Positions 46,813 through 56,704 of a stretch of DNA of 64,000 nucleotides are shown in pieces (positions within the stretch are counted from its first letter, which is position 1; each line of letters begins with the position of its first letter). Where the stretch lies: IMG/VR virus record IMGVR_UViG_3300029253_000304. One strand, written 5' to 3'. The notes below the pieces were generated by a model. That model made no database searches and had not been told where the DNA came from. It saw only the letters and a list, made by a program, of their open reading frames with translations. Made by a program: the position numbers and the translations under genes. Source of the stretch: a virus.

Positions 46813-48273
46813 TCATAGTTTCAGCTGCCCTACACAGCTCTGCGCAGTGGGCAGTAGTTTGTGGGCCATCTCGTTGCGGAAATACTTAGGGTCTACGGCT
46901 CGCATCCCGAACCGCACACGGTCTAAAGCATCTGCGTCTTTCAGAATCGTATACAGCAGCCACACCCGTTCTTTGTCCCGGATATTGGATACTTTGAGGT
47001 CTGCAAGAGCCTTGCGGTCATCCAAGCAATGGTACTCGATGAGGAAAGCAGTTGCCGAATTGCAGTCGGGGGCTGTGTCATAATAAATGTCCCTAGACTT
47101 TGCTCCGTGACTGTCATCGACATCATCGTTTGTCCGCCCAATATCATGATAAAGAATCGCATCACATAGCTGGTGGGATTCTTTTTTTGTTAAGGCAATG
47201 CCCTGAACCTGAACCAAAAGCAGCGCATCAAAGAGAACTCGCAGCGTATGCTCGGCGTTGTGCTCCTCATCATTAGCCCGGCCATAAGCATCATACAGAG
47301 TGGAAATGCGGCTCCGGTAGCGCTGGTAGAGAGGGTAGAACTCCTGAATTTCATCTGTCAGAGCGTTAATGCCGTATAGTGTATCGACCTTTCTATCTTT
47401 TACGGCAGCCGGTGGGACAAGGACCTCTTTTTCTTCATCATTCGGAAAATACTCGATGATGTCACATTTGCTGACATGGGCAGTGATGATTCTGCTGTTC
47501 TCGAGACTCGGGATGCGGCAGGCGAAGAAACAGGCTGCCTTGTAGCTTGTGGTCCAGGAGAAAGATTTCTCGTATGGAGTTGACTTACTCCCTTCCCCGC
47601 GATAGATGGTCACAACATCCGGCAGGCTGGATAGCCTCTTTATAGTATCCTGCTTTTGCTTCTGAGATTTTCCGGCAAAGACTTTTTGGAGGTCATCCTC
47701 CTTGAGAGCAGAGAAACCAAAGTCGCTGGTACGATAAAGGTCCAGAAAGAGTGAGTACAGGTCCTCGTCAGGGTTAGACAACTCAATGTACCTGGAAAGA
47801 ACAGACACACGAAGGCTGTCTTCCAGGGAGAAAAGGTAACTGCGGATAAAGGGGGCATTTCCCGTTGAAATGTTTTCAGCTGCGCCTAAAACTCTCTGCT
47901 GGAATTTCTCATCCGATTCGCTGTTCACAGCCAGACGCTTGTCCCCGTAAATGTTCAGAGAGAGAACAATGGGAACGGTCGTGCTATCGAGCTCGCAATA
48001 ATAAAGAGGAGCAAGCATATTGTGCGCAGCATAAATCTTGTCGACGGGGAGTCTCGGATACTTTTTAGCGAATTCAGTGGCCGTTATACCGATACTGTAG
48101 CCTTCTTTGTAGTACCGTTCAATGTCAGCACTTGTCTGCACTGCAGTGAGGGGTAACATCGTCTCGAGACTTGCTTGGTTGATGCTTACAAGAATATCCC
48201 CGACCGTCATTGTTTTTCGGACTTCCAACTTTTCACGGGTTGCCCCGTTACTCAGTATGGATTTCTGCTTCAT
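46813..48273 (-). CDS. HD-domain phosphohydrolase with ~330 aa uncharacterised N-terminal region
   Basis: C-terminal H...HD...H...D pattern (HTLRVLFDALLL...LYHDIGRTND...HGAKS...LKDADALDRVRFG). Confidence 0.65.
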   Translation of the reverse strand: MKQKSILSNGATREKLEVRKTMTVGDILVSINQASLETMLPLTAVQTSADIERYYKEGYSIGITATEFAKKYPRLPVDKIYAAHNMLAPLYYCELDSTTVPIVLSLNIYGDKRLAVNSESDEKFQQRVLGAAENISTGNAPFIRSYLFSLEDSLRVSVLSRYIELSNPDEDLYSLFLDLYRTSDFGFSALKEDDLQKVFAGKSQKQKQDTIKRLSSLPDVVTIYRGEGSKSTPYEKSFSWTTSYKAACFFACRIPSLENSRIITAHVSKCDIIEYFPNDEEKEVLVPPAAVKDRKVDTLYGINALTDEIQEFYPLYQRYRSRISTLYDAYGRANDEEHNAEHTLRVLFDALLLVQVQGIALTKKESHQLCDAILYHDIGRTNDDVDDSHGAKSRDIYYDTAPDCNSATAFLIEYHCLDDRKALADLKVSNIRDKERVWLLYTILKDADALDRVRFGMRAVDPKYFRNEMAHKLLPTAQSCVGQLKL

Positions 48274-49640
48274 AGAGCGAGCTTACCGCAAGCCGCAGCT
48301 CTTGATAGAGGCTCGCTCTCCACAGACTTTAAGATTCGGTCGTCCTGACCGTACTGTTCGCCTGTGGTTATGAGGCGGCTGGCGTAGCCAGCATGTCCAT
48401 TCCTTTCTTTAGAATGTTTTCTGCTGCATTTTTATCCCTATCGTGTGATGTGTTACATTTCGGACAGACCCAATGCCGAACATTGAGGTTTTTTACCTCT
48501 TTGTTTTGGTAGCCGCAGCAAGAGCAGGTCTGGCTGCTTGGATAGAAGGTTGGTATTTTTACAACTACTCTTCCTGCCCAACTGGATTTATAATCAAGTT
48601 GTCGGAAGAACTCTCCCCAAGAAACATCGGAAATACTTTTAGCAAGGTTATGATTGCGAACCATACCATTTACATTGAGGTCTTCTACACAGATGATTTG
48701 GTTTTCTTTCACCAGTGTGGACGACAACTTATGTAGGGTATCTTTTCGTTTGTTGGTTATTTTTTCGTGGCAGCGAGCCACCTTGATGCGCTGCTTTTCC
48801 CAGTTGGCAGAGCCTTTCTTCTTGCGTGACAGTTTTTTCTGCTCACGCTTTAGTTTAGCTTCCGCTTTCTGTAGATACTTATGGTTTGGATGTTCATTTC
48901 CATTGCTGTCAACAGCAAAAGATTTGATGCCAACATCCAAGCCGATAGCGACATTCTTAACAGGAAGCGGTGCTACTTCTACTTCGCAAAGAATGCTTAC
49001 ATAGTATTTTCCGCTTGCTGAACGACGGATTGTTGCCTTGCAAATACGACCTTCAATGTTGCGGCTTTTGCGATAGCGCACCTTTCCAAGTGTAGGAAGC
49101 TGAATGTACTTATCGTCAACTTTAATGCTTTTTGCTTTAGTAGTTGTATAACTTTCTTCTCCTCTTTTTCGTTTGAATTGAGGGAATCCTTTACCGTCTT
49201 TGAAAAAGCCTTTATAGGCATTATCTAACTGACGACAGCTATATTTGAGTGCTTGGCTATCCGCTTCAGCAAGCCGAGGAAGATAGGTCTTCATCTGAGG
49301 AAGTAGATTTTGCGTATCAATATAGCTCATGCTTTCGCCGCGCCGCCTATAGGCTTTTATTCGCCTATCTAATATAGAGTTATATATAAAGCGGCAGCAG
49401 CCGAGCGTTTTATTGATTTTTACTTCCTGCTCTTCTGTAGGCTCTAGCCGAAATTTATAGCCTTTATGTACTTTCAAGGTGATTCACCTCCTTTATGGAT
49501 TTTTGTACTTGTGAATTGGTCAAACCCCCGGAAAAAGTTGAATAGCCTGTTTTTCTCCTCCCACAATTCTTTCTAACATAATTATATCATATTTTACAGA
49601 TGGACGGGCCAAAATCGCAACTTTGTTCATGAATACTTAA
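48270..49640 (-). mobile_element. IS1341-like tnpB-only element, approximate bounds; its right end abuts the HD-domain gene start
   Basis: tnpB with a 9 bp-stem hairpin (AGAGCGAGC...GCTCGCTCT) in the 94 bp between the tnpB stop and the HD gene start. Confidence 0.35.
48368..49477 (-). CDS. tnpB: TnpB (IS200/IS605-family OrfB), IS1341-type solo copy
   Basis: [12 protein letters not shown]-terminus; RuvC blocks; CSCCG...CPKCN zinc finger; [10 protein letters not shown]; RBS AAGGAGGTG. Confidence 0.85.
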   Translation of the reverse strand: MKVHKGYKFRLEPTEEQEVKINKTLGCCRFIYNSILDRRIKAYRRRGESMSYIDTQNLLPQMKTYLPRLAEADSQALKYSCRQLDNAYKGFFKDGKGFPQFKRKRGEESYTTTKAKSIKVDDKYIQLPTLGKVRYRKSRNIEGRICKATIRRSASGKYYVSILCEVEVAPLPVKNVAIGLDVGIKSFAVDSNGNEHPNHKYLQKAEAKLKREQKKLSRKKKGSANWEKQRIKVARCHEKITNKRKDTLHKLSSTLVKENQIICVEDLNVNGMVRNHNLAKSISDVSWGEFFRQLDYKSSWAGRVVVKIPTFYPSSQTCSCCGYQNKEVKNLNVRHWVCPKCNTSHDRDKNAAENILKKGMDMLATPAAS

Positions 49641-49838
49641 ACTTTATGCACGAGATTTATTGTTGCCCTAATATATAAAACTAGAGCCCCGTCATCTTGG
49701 ATGGGGCTCTTGAGTTGTAACTGGAGGTGTATCTCATTTTGTGCCAGGGGTATTGTATGGTAGTTTTCGAAAATGAGTGCAAAAAAACAAACACCAGAAG
49801 TCGAACTCAAAAATATCTTAGTCTTGGCAAGTTTACCC

Positions 49839-49866
49839 TTGCGCCGCTGTGCGAACTTCGTACAAT
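49839..49866 (+). promoter_or_regulatory. conserved-spacer promoter (a): TTGCGC-cgcTGTGCGAACTTCG-TACAAT
   Basis: member of the seven-copy TTGCnn-16-xAxAAT family with TGTGCGAAYTG in the spacer. Confidence 0.5.
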
Positions 49867-49969
49867 AAGAATTGTACAAGAGAAACGGCAAGAGACATTT
49901 GTAGTGATTGTAGTTGGTCGCCACGAATCGATGCCGTGTCTGCTTGCGCATAATTACCTCTTTTCGAAG

Positions 49970-50004
49970 CCCACAGGCCATTCTCTCACCTGTGGGTTTT
50001 GTTT
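49970..50004 (+). terminator. intrinsic terminator ~105 nt downstream of promoter (a)
   Basis: stem CCCACAGG...CCTGTGGG followed by TTTTGTTT. Confidence 0.5.
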
Positions 50005-50015
50005 ATTGCGAAATC

Positions 50016-50043
50016 GTGCGAATTGCAGACAATTAAAGACAGA
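50016..50043 (+). promoter_or_regulatory. conserved-spacer promoter (b): TTGCGA-aatCGTGCGAATTGCA-GACAAT
   Basis: same family; lies ~60 nt upstream of omega-RNA-like copy 1. Confidence 0.5.
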
Positions 50044-50094
50044 GCGATTGTGAGATGGGGCGATACCGATGCAGTAGGGATGAGAATCTTAGCA

Positions 50095-50410
50095 GCTAAA
50101 AGAGTCAACAACCCCGCCTAAACCGGTTCGCCGGTTATAGACGGGGCTTGCGGGGCAACCTGTAAGCCCAGTTGATTAGCCTAAGCCCATTGCTCCGGCA
50201 GTGGGGAAAACTACGTTGTGTACTAATAATATAGGCACCTTATCCATGCTCCACAAGTGGTGAGCTCTGCAGGCGTTTCGTTAAACATCTCCGAGGGGAG
50301 GAGAAGTGCGAGCGTCATGTCGAAAGGCTAAAACAGTGCATAACATTGGCGAAGTGGACCACAGGACGCAAGTCCTGACTTATAGTTTTATTACTATTTT
50401 ACGAATGGAG
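50095..50410 (+). ncRNA. IscB-type omega-RNA (HEARO-like) scaffold, copy 1, with no IscB gene downstream (flotillin gene instead)
   Basis: ~85% identical in blocks to 63180-63545; a compensatory pair change inside a GNRA-capped hairpin (CAGGAC-GCAA-GTCCTG here, CAGGGC-GCAA-GCCCTG in copy 2); shared 3' end carrying an RBS. Confidence 0.5.
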
Positions 50411-50421
50411 AAACAAAAATT

Positions 50422-52065
50422 ATGGTATATGTGATTGGAATTGTAGCAGCCCTGATTATTCTCTTTGGATTTCTCTGCTACAAGAAAGCTCCGCCCACGG
50501 AGGCTATCGTTGTAACTGGCTTTGGCCTGTCTAAGCCTAAAGTGGTTTGCGGAAAGGGTACATTTGTTCTGCCCGTTCTTCAACGGGCTGACCGACTGAA
50601 TATGCGCCTTTTGAAAATCGATGTCAAGACTCCTGAAACAGGTGTTAAGACGAAGAACGGCGTAAGTCTCTGGATTGACTCTGTTGTCACGATTCAAGTC
50701 TACAGCGAAAACTCTACCGTTCTGGATGAAGAAGTGAAGGCATCCGGTCTGAAAGACGCCAAGGCGTACATCATGTCCCGACAACAGGCAGCCATCTCGA
50801 ACTTTCTGGGCATGAACGAGCAGGGCATCAATGAGAAAGTTAATGACGTTCTGCAGGGCAATTTGCGTGAGATTGTCTCTGACATGACCGTTGACCAAAT
50901 TCTGACGAACCGCAAGCAGATGGCTGTGAGCGTTATCGAGAATGCTCGCCCCGACCTTGCTAAGATGGGACTTGAGGTCGTGACTTTTAATGTCCAGGAC
51001 ATCAGGGATGCAGTGGATGTTCAAGGCCACAATCACGGCGTTATCGAAGCTATCGGCATTGAACAGGAAGAGCTTGTGAAAAAACAGGCTGAAATTGCCC
51101 GTGCTCAGGCTGCCCGTGATGTAGCCTGCGCGAAGGCCGATGCTGAGATGGCTGCAAATGCCAAGGAAGTTGAAGCGCAGACTGCGATTGCAAAACGCAA
51201 CAATGAATTGCAGCTCGCCAAGGCAAAGCTGAAAGCTGAAGCTGATAAAGCTGCGGCTGACGCAGATGCTGCCGGTCAGATTCAGATGAATCTCCGCGCC
51301 AAAGAAATCAAAGAAGCGGAAGCGGATGCTGAAATCGCCAAGCAGAAGAAAATGGTAGACCTTGCCGCACAGGAAGCCGAGGTCCAGCAACGCAAACTGG
51401 ATGCGGAAGTCCGCAAACAGGCAGATGCTGACTTGTACCGCCGCCAGAAAGAGGCAGAAGCCAAGAAATATGAGGCGGAACGTGCAGCTGAGGCACAGAA
51501 GTTCTCCAAGCAGCAGGAAGCAGAAGGCATTGAGCTTGTCGGTAAGGCAGAAGCTGAAGCGATTCGTCAGAAAGGCTTGGCTGAAGCGGAAGCCATGAAA
51601 CAGAAAGCAGAGGCATATAAGCAGTATAACGATGCGGCTGTGGCTGAAATGCTCATCAAGGTTCTTCCTGACATTGCCAAGAGCGTGGCTCAGCCTTTGT
51701 CCAGCATTGATAAGGTTTCTATCATTGGCGGTGATGCCTCCGGCGTATCCGGCGTTTCCGGGAACGTTCCTATCCTGATGGCTCAAACCATGCAGACGGT
51801 GAAAGAAGCGACTGGCATTGACATGGGCGAAATTGTCCGTGCCAACAGCATCCAGGCAAAGACAAACCGCAACATCAACATTATGACTCAATGTGAACAG
51901 CCTGAGAATAACAAAGAGAAAGGAGGTGCCAAGGCAATGGAACGCGTAGAAGGCGGCTATCTGATTCATGAGAAGAATCTCAACGGTGAGGAAGTCACTC
52001 ATTTTCGACCGGATGTGACCGAAGAAGAGAAGGCTATCATGAAAGACAAAAAGGCCAAAGATTAA
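50422..52065 (+). CDS. flotillin-like SPFH/band-7 protein (FloT/YuaG-like)
   Basis: N-terminal TM then SPFH domain; long AEAEA-rich coiled-coil; 547 aa. Confidence 0.85.
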   Translation: MVYVIGIVAALIILFGFLCYKKAPPTEAIVVTGFGLSKPKVVCGKGTFVLPVLQRADRLNMRLLKIDVKTPETGVKTKNGVSLWIDSVVTIQVYSENSTVLDEEVKASGLKDAKAYIMSRQQAAISNFLGMNEQGINEKVNDVLQGNLREIVSDMTVDQILTNRKQMAVSVIENARPDLAKMGLEVVTFNVQDIRDAVDVQGHNHGVIEAIGIEQEELVKKQAEIARAQAARDVACAKADAEMAANAKEVEAQTAIAKRNNELQLAKAKLKAEADKAAADADAAGQIQMNLRAKEIKEAEADAEIAKQKKMVDLAAQEAEVQQRKLDAEVRKQADADLYRRQKEAEAKKYEAERAAEAQKFSKQQEAEGIELVGKAEAEAIRQKGLAEAEAMKQKAEAYKQYNDAAVAEMLIKVLPDIAKSVAQPLSSIDKVSIIGGDASGVSGVSGNVPILMAQTMQTVKEATGIDMGEIVRANSIQAKTNRNINIMTQCEQPENNKEKGGAKAMERVEGGYLIHEKNLNGEEVTHFRPDVTEEEKAIMKDKKAKD

Positions 52066-52185
52066 AGACAACATGAAAAGAGGGTGACTCGAAAGAGCCA
52101 TCCTTTTTTCTGTTGTGACGCAAACGAAAAGTTCATGGTAGCCATCCAATTTGGGTGACTGTCTTTTTTGCATGTTAAGGCTTTG

Positions 52186-52213
52186 TTGCTGAATTGTGCG
52201 AATTGAAGATAAT
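52186..52213 (+). promoter_or_regulatory. conserved-spacer promoter (c): TTGCTG-aatTGTGCGAATTGAA-GATAAT
   Basis: same family. Confidence 0.5.
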
Positions 52214-52267
52214 TAAAAACAAAAGATGCTTTGTATCAAATCGATTGAAACCGAAGAGGTGAAGTTA

Positions 52268-53071
52268 ATGCTCGGCGTGAGTTTGATTATCATAGCAGCG
52301 GCTATAGTCTACATGGTCGAAACCTATATCAGCACCTATTACACTATCGAATACATGCACGGAACATCGCTGTTCCTTATCCTCCTTGCGAAATATGGCA
52401 CGCCAGTCCTGTTCCTGCTGCTCTGCGCCTACATTGCATATCGCAAATTCCTCAAAAAGCAGAAAGCTGCGGCTTCTGCTGCATCTGAACGGCCTACAAG
52501 CAAAGAAGAGCTGTATACCAACAAAATTCAAACGGCAGTAAAGACAAAAAGCGTCTTCTCAGAGCAGGCTGACCAAATGCTGTATCAGGTACGGCGCTTC
52601 GGGCAAAAAATGGCCGTTGCCTACAGCATGACCCAGGATAGCAAGACATCCGGGGAACAAGCCAAGTGCCTAACGTTATTGGAATCCGCAGAACGTATCT
52701 TCTATGACCGACTGGATGACGCGATTCGCTCGGCTTCAATGTTTGATGAAACGGAATACAAGGCTTTCTGTCAAGGCTCTATCTCGTTTGGAAACAAAGA
52801 AGAAGCGCAGAAAAAGAAAGAAATCTACAATGGTATCGTAAGTACCGTGGATAAGGTAGTTCATGACAATGAGCGCTTAATCCTCCGATTGGATTCTTTA
52901 GCATACGCTCTGAACCAACGTTCTGCCCAGAATCCGTGGGATACAGAGGTTGTGCTCGCAATGTCAAAGCTCGATGCTGTCATTAACAAGACGACGCAGG
53001 ACATCGAGCAGGATGAAGTAATCAGCCGCGAGGCTATGAAGCAATATGATATTTTGAAAGGAGAGTCTTAA
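52268..53071 (+). CDS. membrane protein with two N-terminal TM helices and a coiled-coil cytoplasmic region, unknown function
   Basis: ATG 52268 with GAGGTG RBS (the ORF track start 52226 lies only 6 nt from the predicted TSS). Confidence 0.45.
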   Translation: MLGVSLIIIAAAIVYMVETYISTYYTIEYMHGTSLFLILLAKYGTPVLFLLLCAYIAYRKFLKKQKAAASAASERPTSKEELYTNKIQTAVKTKSVFSEQADQMLYQVRRFGQKMAVAYSMTQDSKTSGEQAKCLTLLESAERIFYDRLDDAIRSASMFDETEYKAFCQGSISFGNKEEAQKKKEIYNGIVSTVDKVVHDNERLILRLDSLAYALNQRSAQNPWDTEVVLAMSKLDAVINKTTQDIEQDEVISREAMKQYDILKGES

Positions 53072-53072
53072 C

Positions 53073-54767
53073 GTGACGAAGAAAAATATTTTCCCTGTAG
53101 TTGCAACCATCGCCGTGGTGGGTGTTGTTCTCGGAGTATTTTCGATGACGGTGATGAGGGACTCGAATGTCAGCATCAGCACGATGACTTCCGAGCAGGC
53201 ATATGCCAACTTGAGCAGCAAGATGAAACGTATCGGGGTGCAGGAAGTATCCGTCAATCCGCAGCAGCTTGATGTATCGGAGTTTCTGGACGCAAAGGAT
53301 GAACTGCCCGACATTGAATCCTCCTACCCATTCGTGGTGGAGGGGAACGGTGATGTCAACATTGAAGTCTTCTCTTCCGGCGAGAAAGCAGCAGAATCCG
53401 GCTCCGATTCTTTCCTGACAAGCATGGCAAAAAAGTTCAATGCCCAGCACAACAAGACTTCCGGAGACAAGACTATGAGTGTCTCCCTGCGCTCCGTTCC
53501 GTCCGGTACGGCGGCTGAGTACATCTCGACGGGAAAGTATCAGCCCGAGTGCTATACCCCCTCAAATACGCTCTTTGGCGAGCTGGTGAAGAACGAGGGC
53601 GTAGAATTGACCGTTGAGGCTGACCGTCTGGTCGGCAATGTGGCGGGTATTCTCGTATCAAAGAAGACAGGGGATATGCTTCGCTCTGAATACGGTGAAG
53701 CGTCTGTTTCTTCCGTTCTGAACGCAACCATCGATGGCAAACTCATGATGGGATACTCGAACCCCTACACAAGTGCTACGGGTCTTAATTTTCTGCTTGA
53801 GGCTCTTGCGAGCAGCGGCAGCGATACGATTGTCGATACGGCTGCTGTTGAGAATTTCCAGAAATTTCAAGCGAACGTCCCTCTCGTATCCTTCACGACC
53901 CAGCAGATGGTCCAGTCGGCAGACAAGGGCATCGTGGACGGCGTTGTCATGGAGTATCAGTCTTATCAGAATGACCCGACCTTACAGCGCAACTACGAGT
54001 TCATCCCGTTCGGTGTGCGGCATGATAACCCCCTGTATTCTATTGGAAGCATCTCGGCCGAAAAGAAGGAAGTTATTGCTGCGTTCGTTTCCCTCTGCGC
54101 CCAGAATCAGGCAGAAGCGACGAAGGACGGGTTCAATGGTCTTGACGACTATGCTTATACAGGCAAGGCATACGACGGCAACACCATCGCACAGGCTCAG
54201 AGTGTCTGGAAAGAAGAGAAGGATTCCGGTATTCCTATTGTGGCAGAGTTCGTTGTCGATACTTCCGGCTCGATGCGCGGCGAACCCCTGAATGCCCTGA
54301 AAACCGCGATGATAAACACCATCCAGTATATCAATGACGACAACTATATCGGCATCATTGGCTTTGATTCAGATGTCAGGGAATACCTGCCCATTGACCA
54401 GTTCTCTCTGACCCAGAAAACTCTGTATAAGGGTGCCGTGAACTCCCTCGATGCGAACGGCAGCACCGCAATGTACAACGGTCTTTGCGTTGCTATGGAC
54501 CGCATCTACCAGAAATCTCAGGAACTGGGTGGGAATTGCACGCCCATCATCTTTGTGCTCACGGACGGTGACAACAATACCGGATATGACTTCTCCGATA
54601 TGAAGAACATCATTGCCGGTATGGATATCCCTATCTATACCATCAGCTACAACTACGCGGCAGACAGCCTCTCGGAACTCGCGTCAATCAATGAGGCGGC
54701 TGCTATCGTTGGTAACAGCGAGGATATCACCTACAAGCTCCGCAACTTGTTCAACGCGGAGATGTAA
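53073..54767 (+). CDS. membrane-anchored von Willebrand factor type A (vWA) domain protein
   Basis: N-terminal TM; C-terminal vWA with MIDAS DTSGSM...T...D and the later block IIFVLTDGDNN. Confidence 0.7.
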   Translation: MTKKNIFPVVATIAVVGVVLGVFSMTVMRDSNVSISTMTSEQAYANLSSKMKRIGVQEVSVNPQQLDVSEFLDAKDELPDIESSYPFVVEGNGDVNIEVFSSGEKAAESGSDSFLTSMAKKFNAQHNKTSGDKTMSVSLRSVPSGTAAEYISTGKYQPECYTPSNTLFGELVKNEGVELTVEADRLVGNVAGILVSKKTGDMLRSEYGEASVSSVLNATIDGKLMMGYSNPYTSATGLNFLLEALASSGSDTIVDTAAVENFQKFQANVPLVSFTTQQMVQSADKGIVDGVVMEYQSYQNDPTLQRNYEFIPFGVRHDNPLYSIGSISAEKKEVIAAFVSLCAQNQAEATKDGFNGLDDYAYTGKAYDGNTIAQAQSVWKEEKDSGIPIVAEFVVDTSGSMRGEPLNALKTAMINTIQYINDDNYIGIIGFDSDVREYLPIDQFSLTQKTLYKGAVNSLDANGSTAMYNGLCVAMDRIYQKSQELGGNCTPIIFVLTDGDNNTGYDFSDMKNIIAGMDIPIYTISYNYAADSLSELASINEAAAIVGNSEDITYKLRNLFNAEM

Positions 54768-55188
54768 TCCAAAAGCGCGGTTTTGTCCGCGCAGCTGCTC
54801 CAAAAGACAGCCTCCACACGGCGAGCAGCGGGAACATGCTGGTCGGAAACGGCACGGTCGTCAGCTGCCAGTGCCACTCGATGGATGAGACGGTCGATAT
54901 GGTCGCCGCCTTGTACAATGGCAGAAGCAGCGCAAGCATAACCATCCTGCAAAAATATATGCCGTTCATCTTTTTGGGTGGGCGGCTTTTTGTTTTGTGA
55001 ATACAGCGATTCAGTGGCGAAGCGAGCCGATTTTACCAGCAGTTTGATATTCTGCGGCATCGGCGTTTTGCGGCATCCAGCGAGAGAATATCGTTTGCTT
55101 CGATGACGAGGCGGCATTTTCGCATTATAAGGTCCTGTTCGAGACCTTCAAGGAGACCTGCTCCGACAATGTCTCCTATAAGGCAGTC

Positions 55189-56625
55189 GTGAACACCATG
55201 AACCAGGAAGATTATCTGAAAGAGAACATCAAAGAAGTGCCCGTCTTTCAGTCTATTGAAAAGCAGAAGCTTGTCTTTCTGGAACAGGCACAGCCTGAGG
55301 ATGAGGTCGAATACGAGATAGTTGCCGATGTCAAGAAAATGCAGGAACTCGTCAAGCCAATCATGCCTAAGATGCCGGTACAGGCGAATCGTATTGTAGT
55401 GGCAGCGGAACCGATGCGCGTTTTCGGGAAACGATATACCGAGGTTCGGCGTGTGGCAGCTGAGGCAGTTAAGCAGCTCCCAAAATTACATATCGACTAT
55501 GATGCCGGGACCATGACCTTCAACGACGAGAATATCGACCTCAATCCGAATCTCAGCGAGGTGGCAAAGAACATCAAGAGCATCCAGAAGTTCTTCTCAG
55601 GCATGGACTACTTTTACGGCGATGTCGAACAGGCCAAGAAGGACTACTTCAAGTACATGACCTGGTATCTGGCTACTCCGTTCATGGCGTATCTGCGGTA
55701 TTTCGCATCGAGGAACAACTACGATACGAAGCTGTTCCCGATGTACGGCGTTATATACGGCGACTCAAACGGCGGCAAGACGACATTTATAAAATTTCTT
55801 GTCAAACTCATGTGCGGTGAGACCGTTAAGATGAACACAACGGAGGATTTCACAGCCACAAGAATCGACGGCCTCAAACGAGTTTGTGAGGGACTGCCGC
55901 TGAACATCGACGACCTCGCCAAGACCCAGTTTCAGAACCATTCAGAACGGGTAATCAAGAACGATGAATGGGGTATCTCTGACAGGCTCGTGAACTATCC
56001 TGCTGTATCTATCACATCGAATAAAATTACCTCGCTGACAAAAGACCTCTCGAAACGCGCTATCATCTGTCGAATTGGTGCTAAAATCGACAACGAGCGC
56101 GGTGCCAAAAACTCGAAGCGTGTGAATGAGAGTATGTCGGAGCTGACAACCGCGTTCTATGGCGAATATGTCCGCCGAATGCTTGTTTGCATCGATGAGA
56201 TGACGACGGAAATGCGTGAAAATGCGAATGGCAAGGAATACTTCCCGGATATCTTCTACGCTTCGTCTAGTGTCATTGCAGATATCTTCGAGGCATGCGG
56301 AATCGATTTGCCGGACTATGTGCGTATCCTGTACTATAACGACTATATGGGTGATGAGAGCATTGGTCGTGCTGCAATTGAGAAAATCGAACTGGCATGG
56401 CAGGCTGACCCGAGCAAGTTCCGGGTTGATAAGAAGCAGAACAGGCTCATTTACTCCTATCCGCCGGATGGACCGTGGTACGAACTGAAATACATTGCAG
56501 ATGAGCTGCCGAACTCCCTCGAAGCAGAGATTTCTGGCGGCAACCAGCTTATCATGAACTACGAGCAGGCACAGGAATTGTTCGGCATCAAGTTTCGGCG
56601 CTGGCTGGGCATCTTTAACCTCTAA
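55189..56625 (+). CDS. P-loop NTPase of uncertain family (possibly P4/D5-type SF3 helicase-like)
   Basis: Walker A GDSNGGKTTF; Walker B-like LNIDDL; ~170 aa unknown N-terminal domain. Confidence 0.5.
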   Translation: MNTMNQEDYLKENIKEVPVFQSIEKQKLVFLEQAQPEDEVEYEIVADVKKMQELVKPIMPKMPVQANRIVVAAEPMRVFGKRYTEVRRVAAEAVKQLPKLHIDYDAGTMTFNDENIDLNPNLSEVAKNIKSIQKFFSGMDYFYGDVEQAKKDYFKYMTWYLATPFMAYLRYFASRNNYDTKLFPMYGVIYGDSNGGKTTFIKFLVKLMCGETVKMNTTEDFTATRIDGLKRVCEGLPLNIDDLAKTQFQNHSERVIKNDEWGISDRLVNYPAVSITSNKITSLTKDLSKRAIICRIGAKIDNERGAKNSKRVNESMSELTTAFYGEYVRRMLVCIDEMTTEMRENANGKEYFPDIFYASSSVIADIFEACGIDLPDYVRILYYNDYMGDESIGRAAIEKIELAWQADPSKFRVDKKQNRLIYSYPPDGPWYELKYIADELPNSLEAEISGGNQLIMNYEQAQELFGIKFRRWLGIFNL

Positions 56626-56676
56626 TATGCATGGCAGGTTCTTTTCGGAGCCTGCCTTCTTATTTCGCAAAAATAG

Positions 56677-56704
56677 TTGCCCATTTGTGCGAATTGCAGA
56701 CAAT
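56677..56704 (+). promoter_or_regulatory. conserved-spacer promoter (d): TTGCCC-attTGTGCGAATTGCA-GACAAT
   Basis: same family. Confidence 0.5.

Noticed and set aside
46813-48273. ADP-ribosyltransferase-like R...S-T-S...E-x-E pattern (YRGE...SWTTS...EEKEVLV) in the N-terminal region of the HD-domain protein
   Set aside because: The Arg-to-STS spacing (~15 residues) is much shorter than in known R-S-E clade ADP-ribosyltransferases. The match is to short, low-information motifs only. It was not used in the call.
49637-50053. ORFs 49637-49981 (minus) and 49727-50053 (plus)
   Set aside because: They span a promoter, a terminator and a second promoter. They have low-complexity translations and no RBS. 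The region is better explained as a regulatory or sRNA segment.
50380-52173. 597 aa minus-strand ORF antisense to the flotillin gene
   Set aside because: The flotillin reading frame has clear SPFH and coiled-coil features. The antisense frame is an artefact of the repetitive GCNGAAGC codon pattern.
54768-55188. 128 aa minus-strand ORF (54731-55117) and short plus-strand ORFs in the gap after the vWA gene
   Set aside because: They have no RBS and no motifs, and they overlap a terminator-like hairpin with a T-run (~54957-55000). The gap is more likely non-coding or a decayed remnant.
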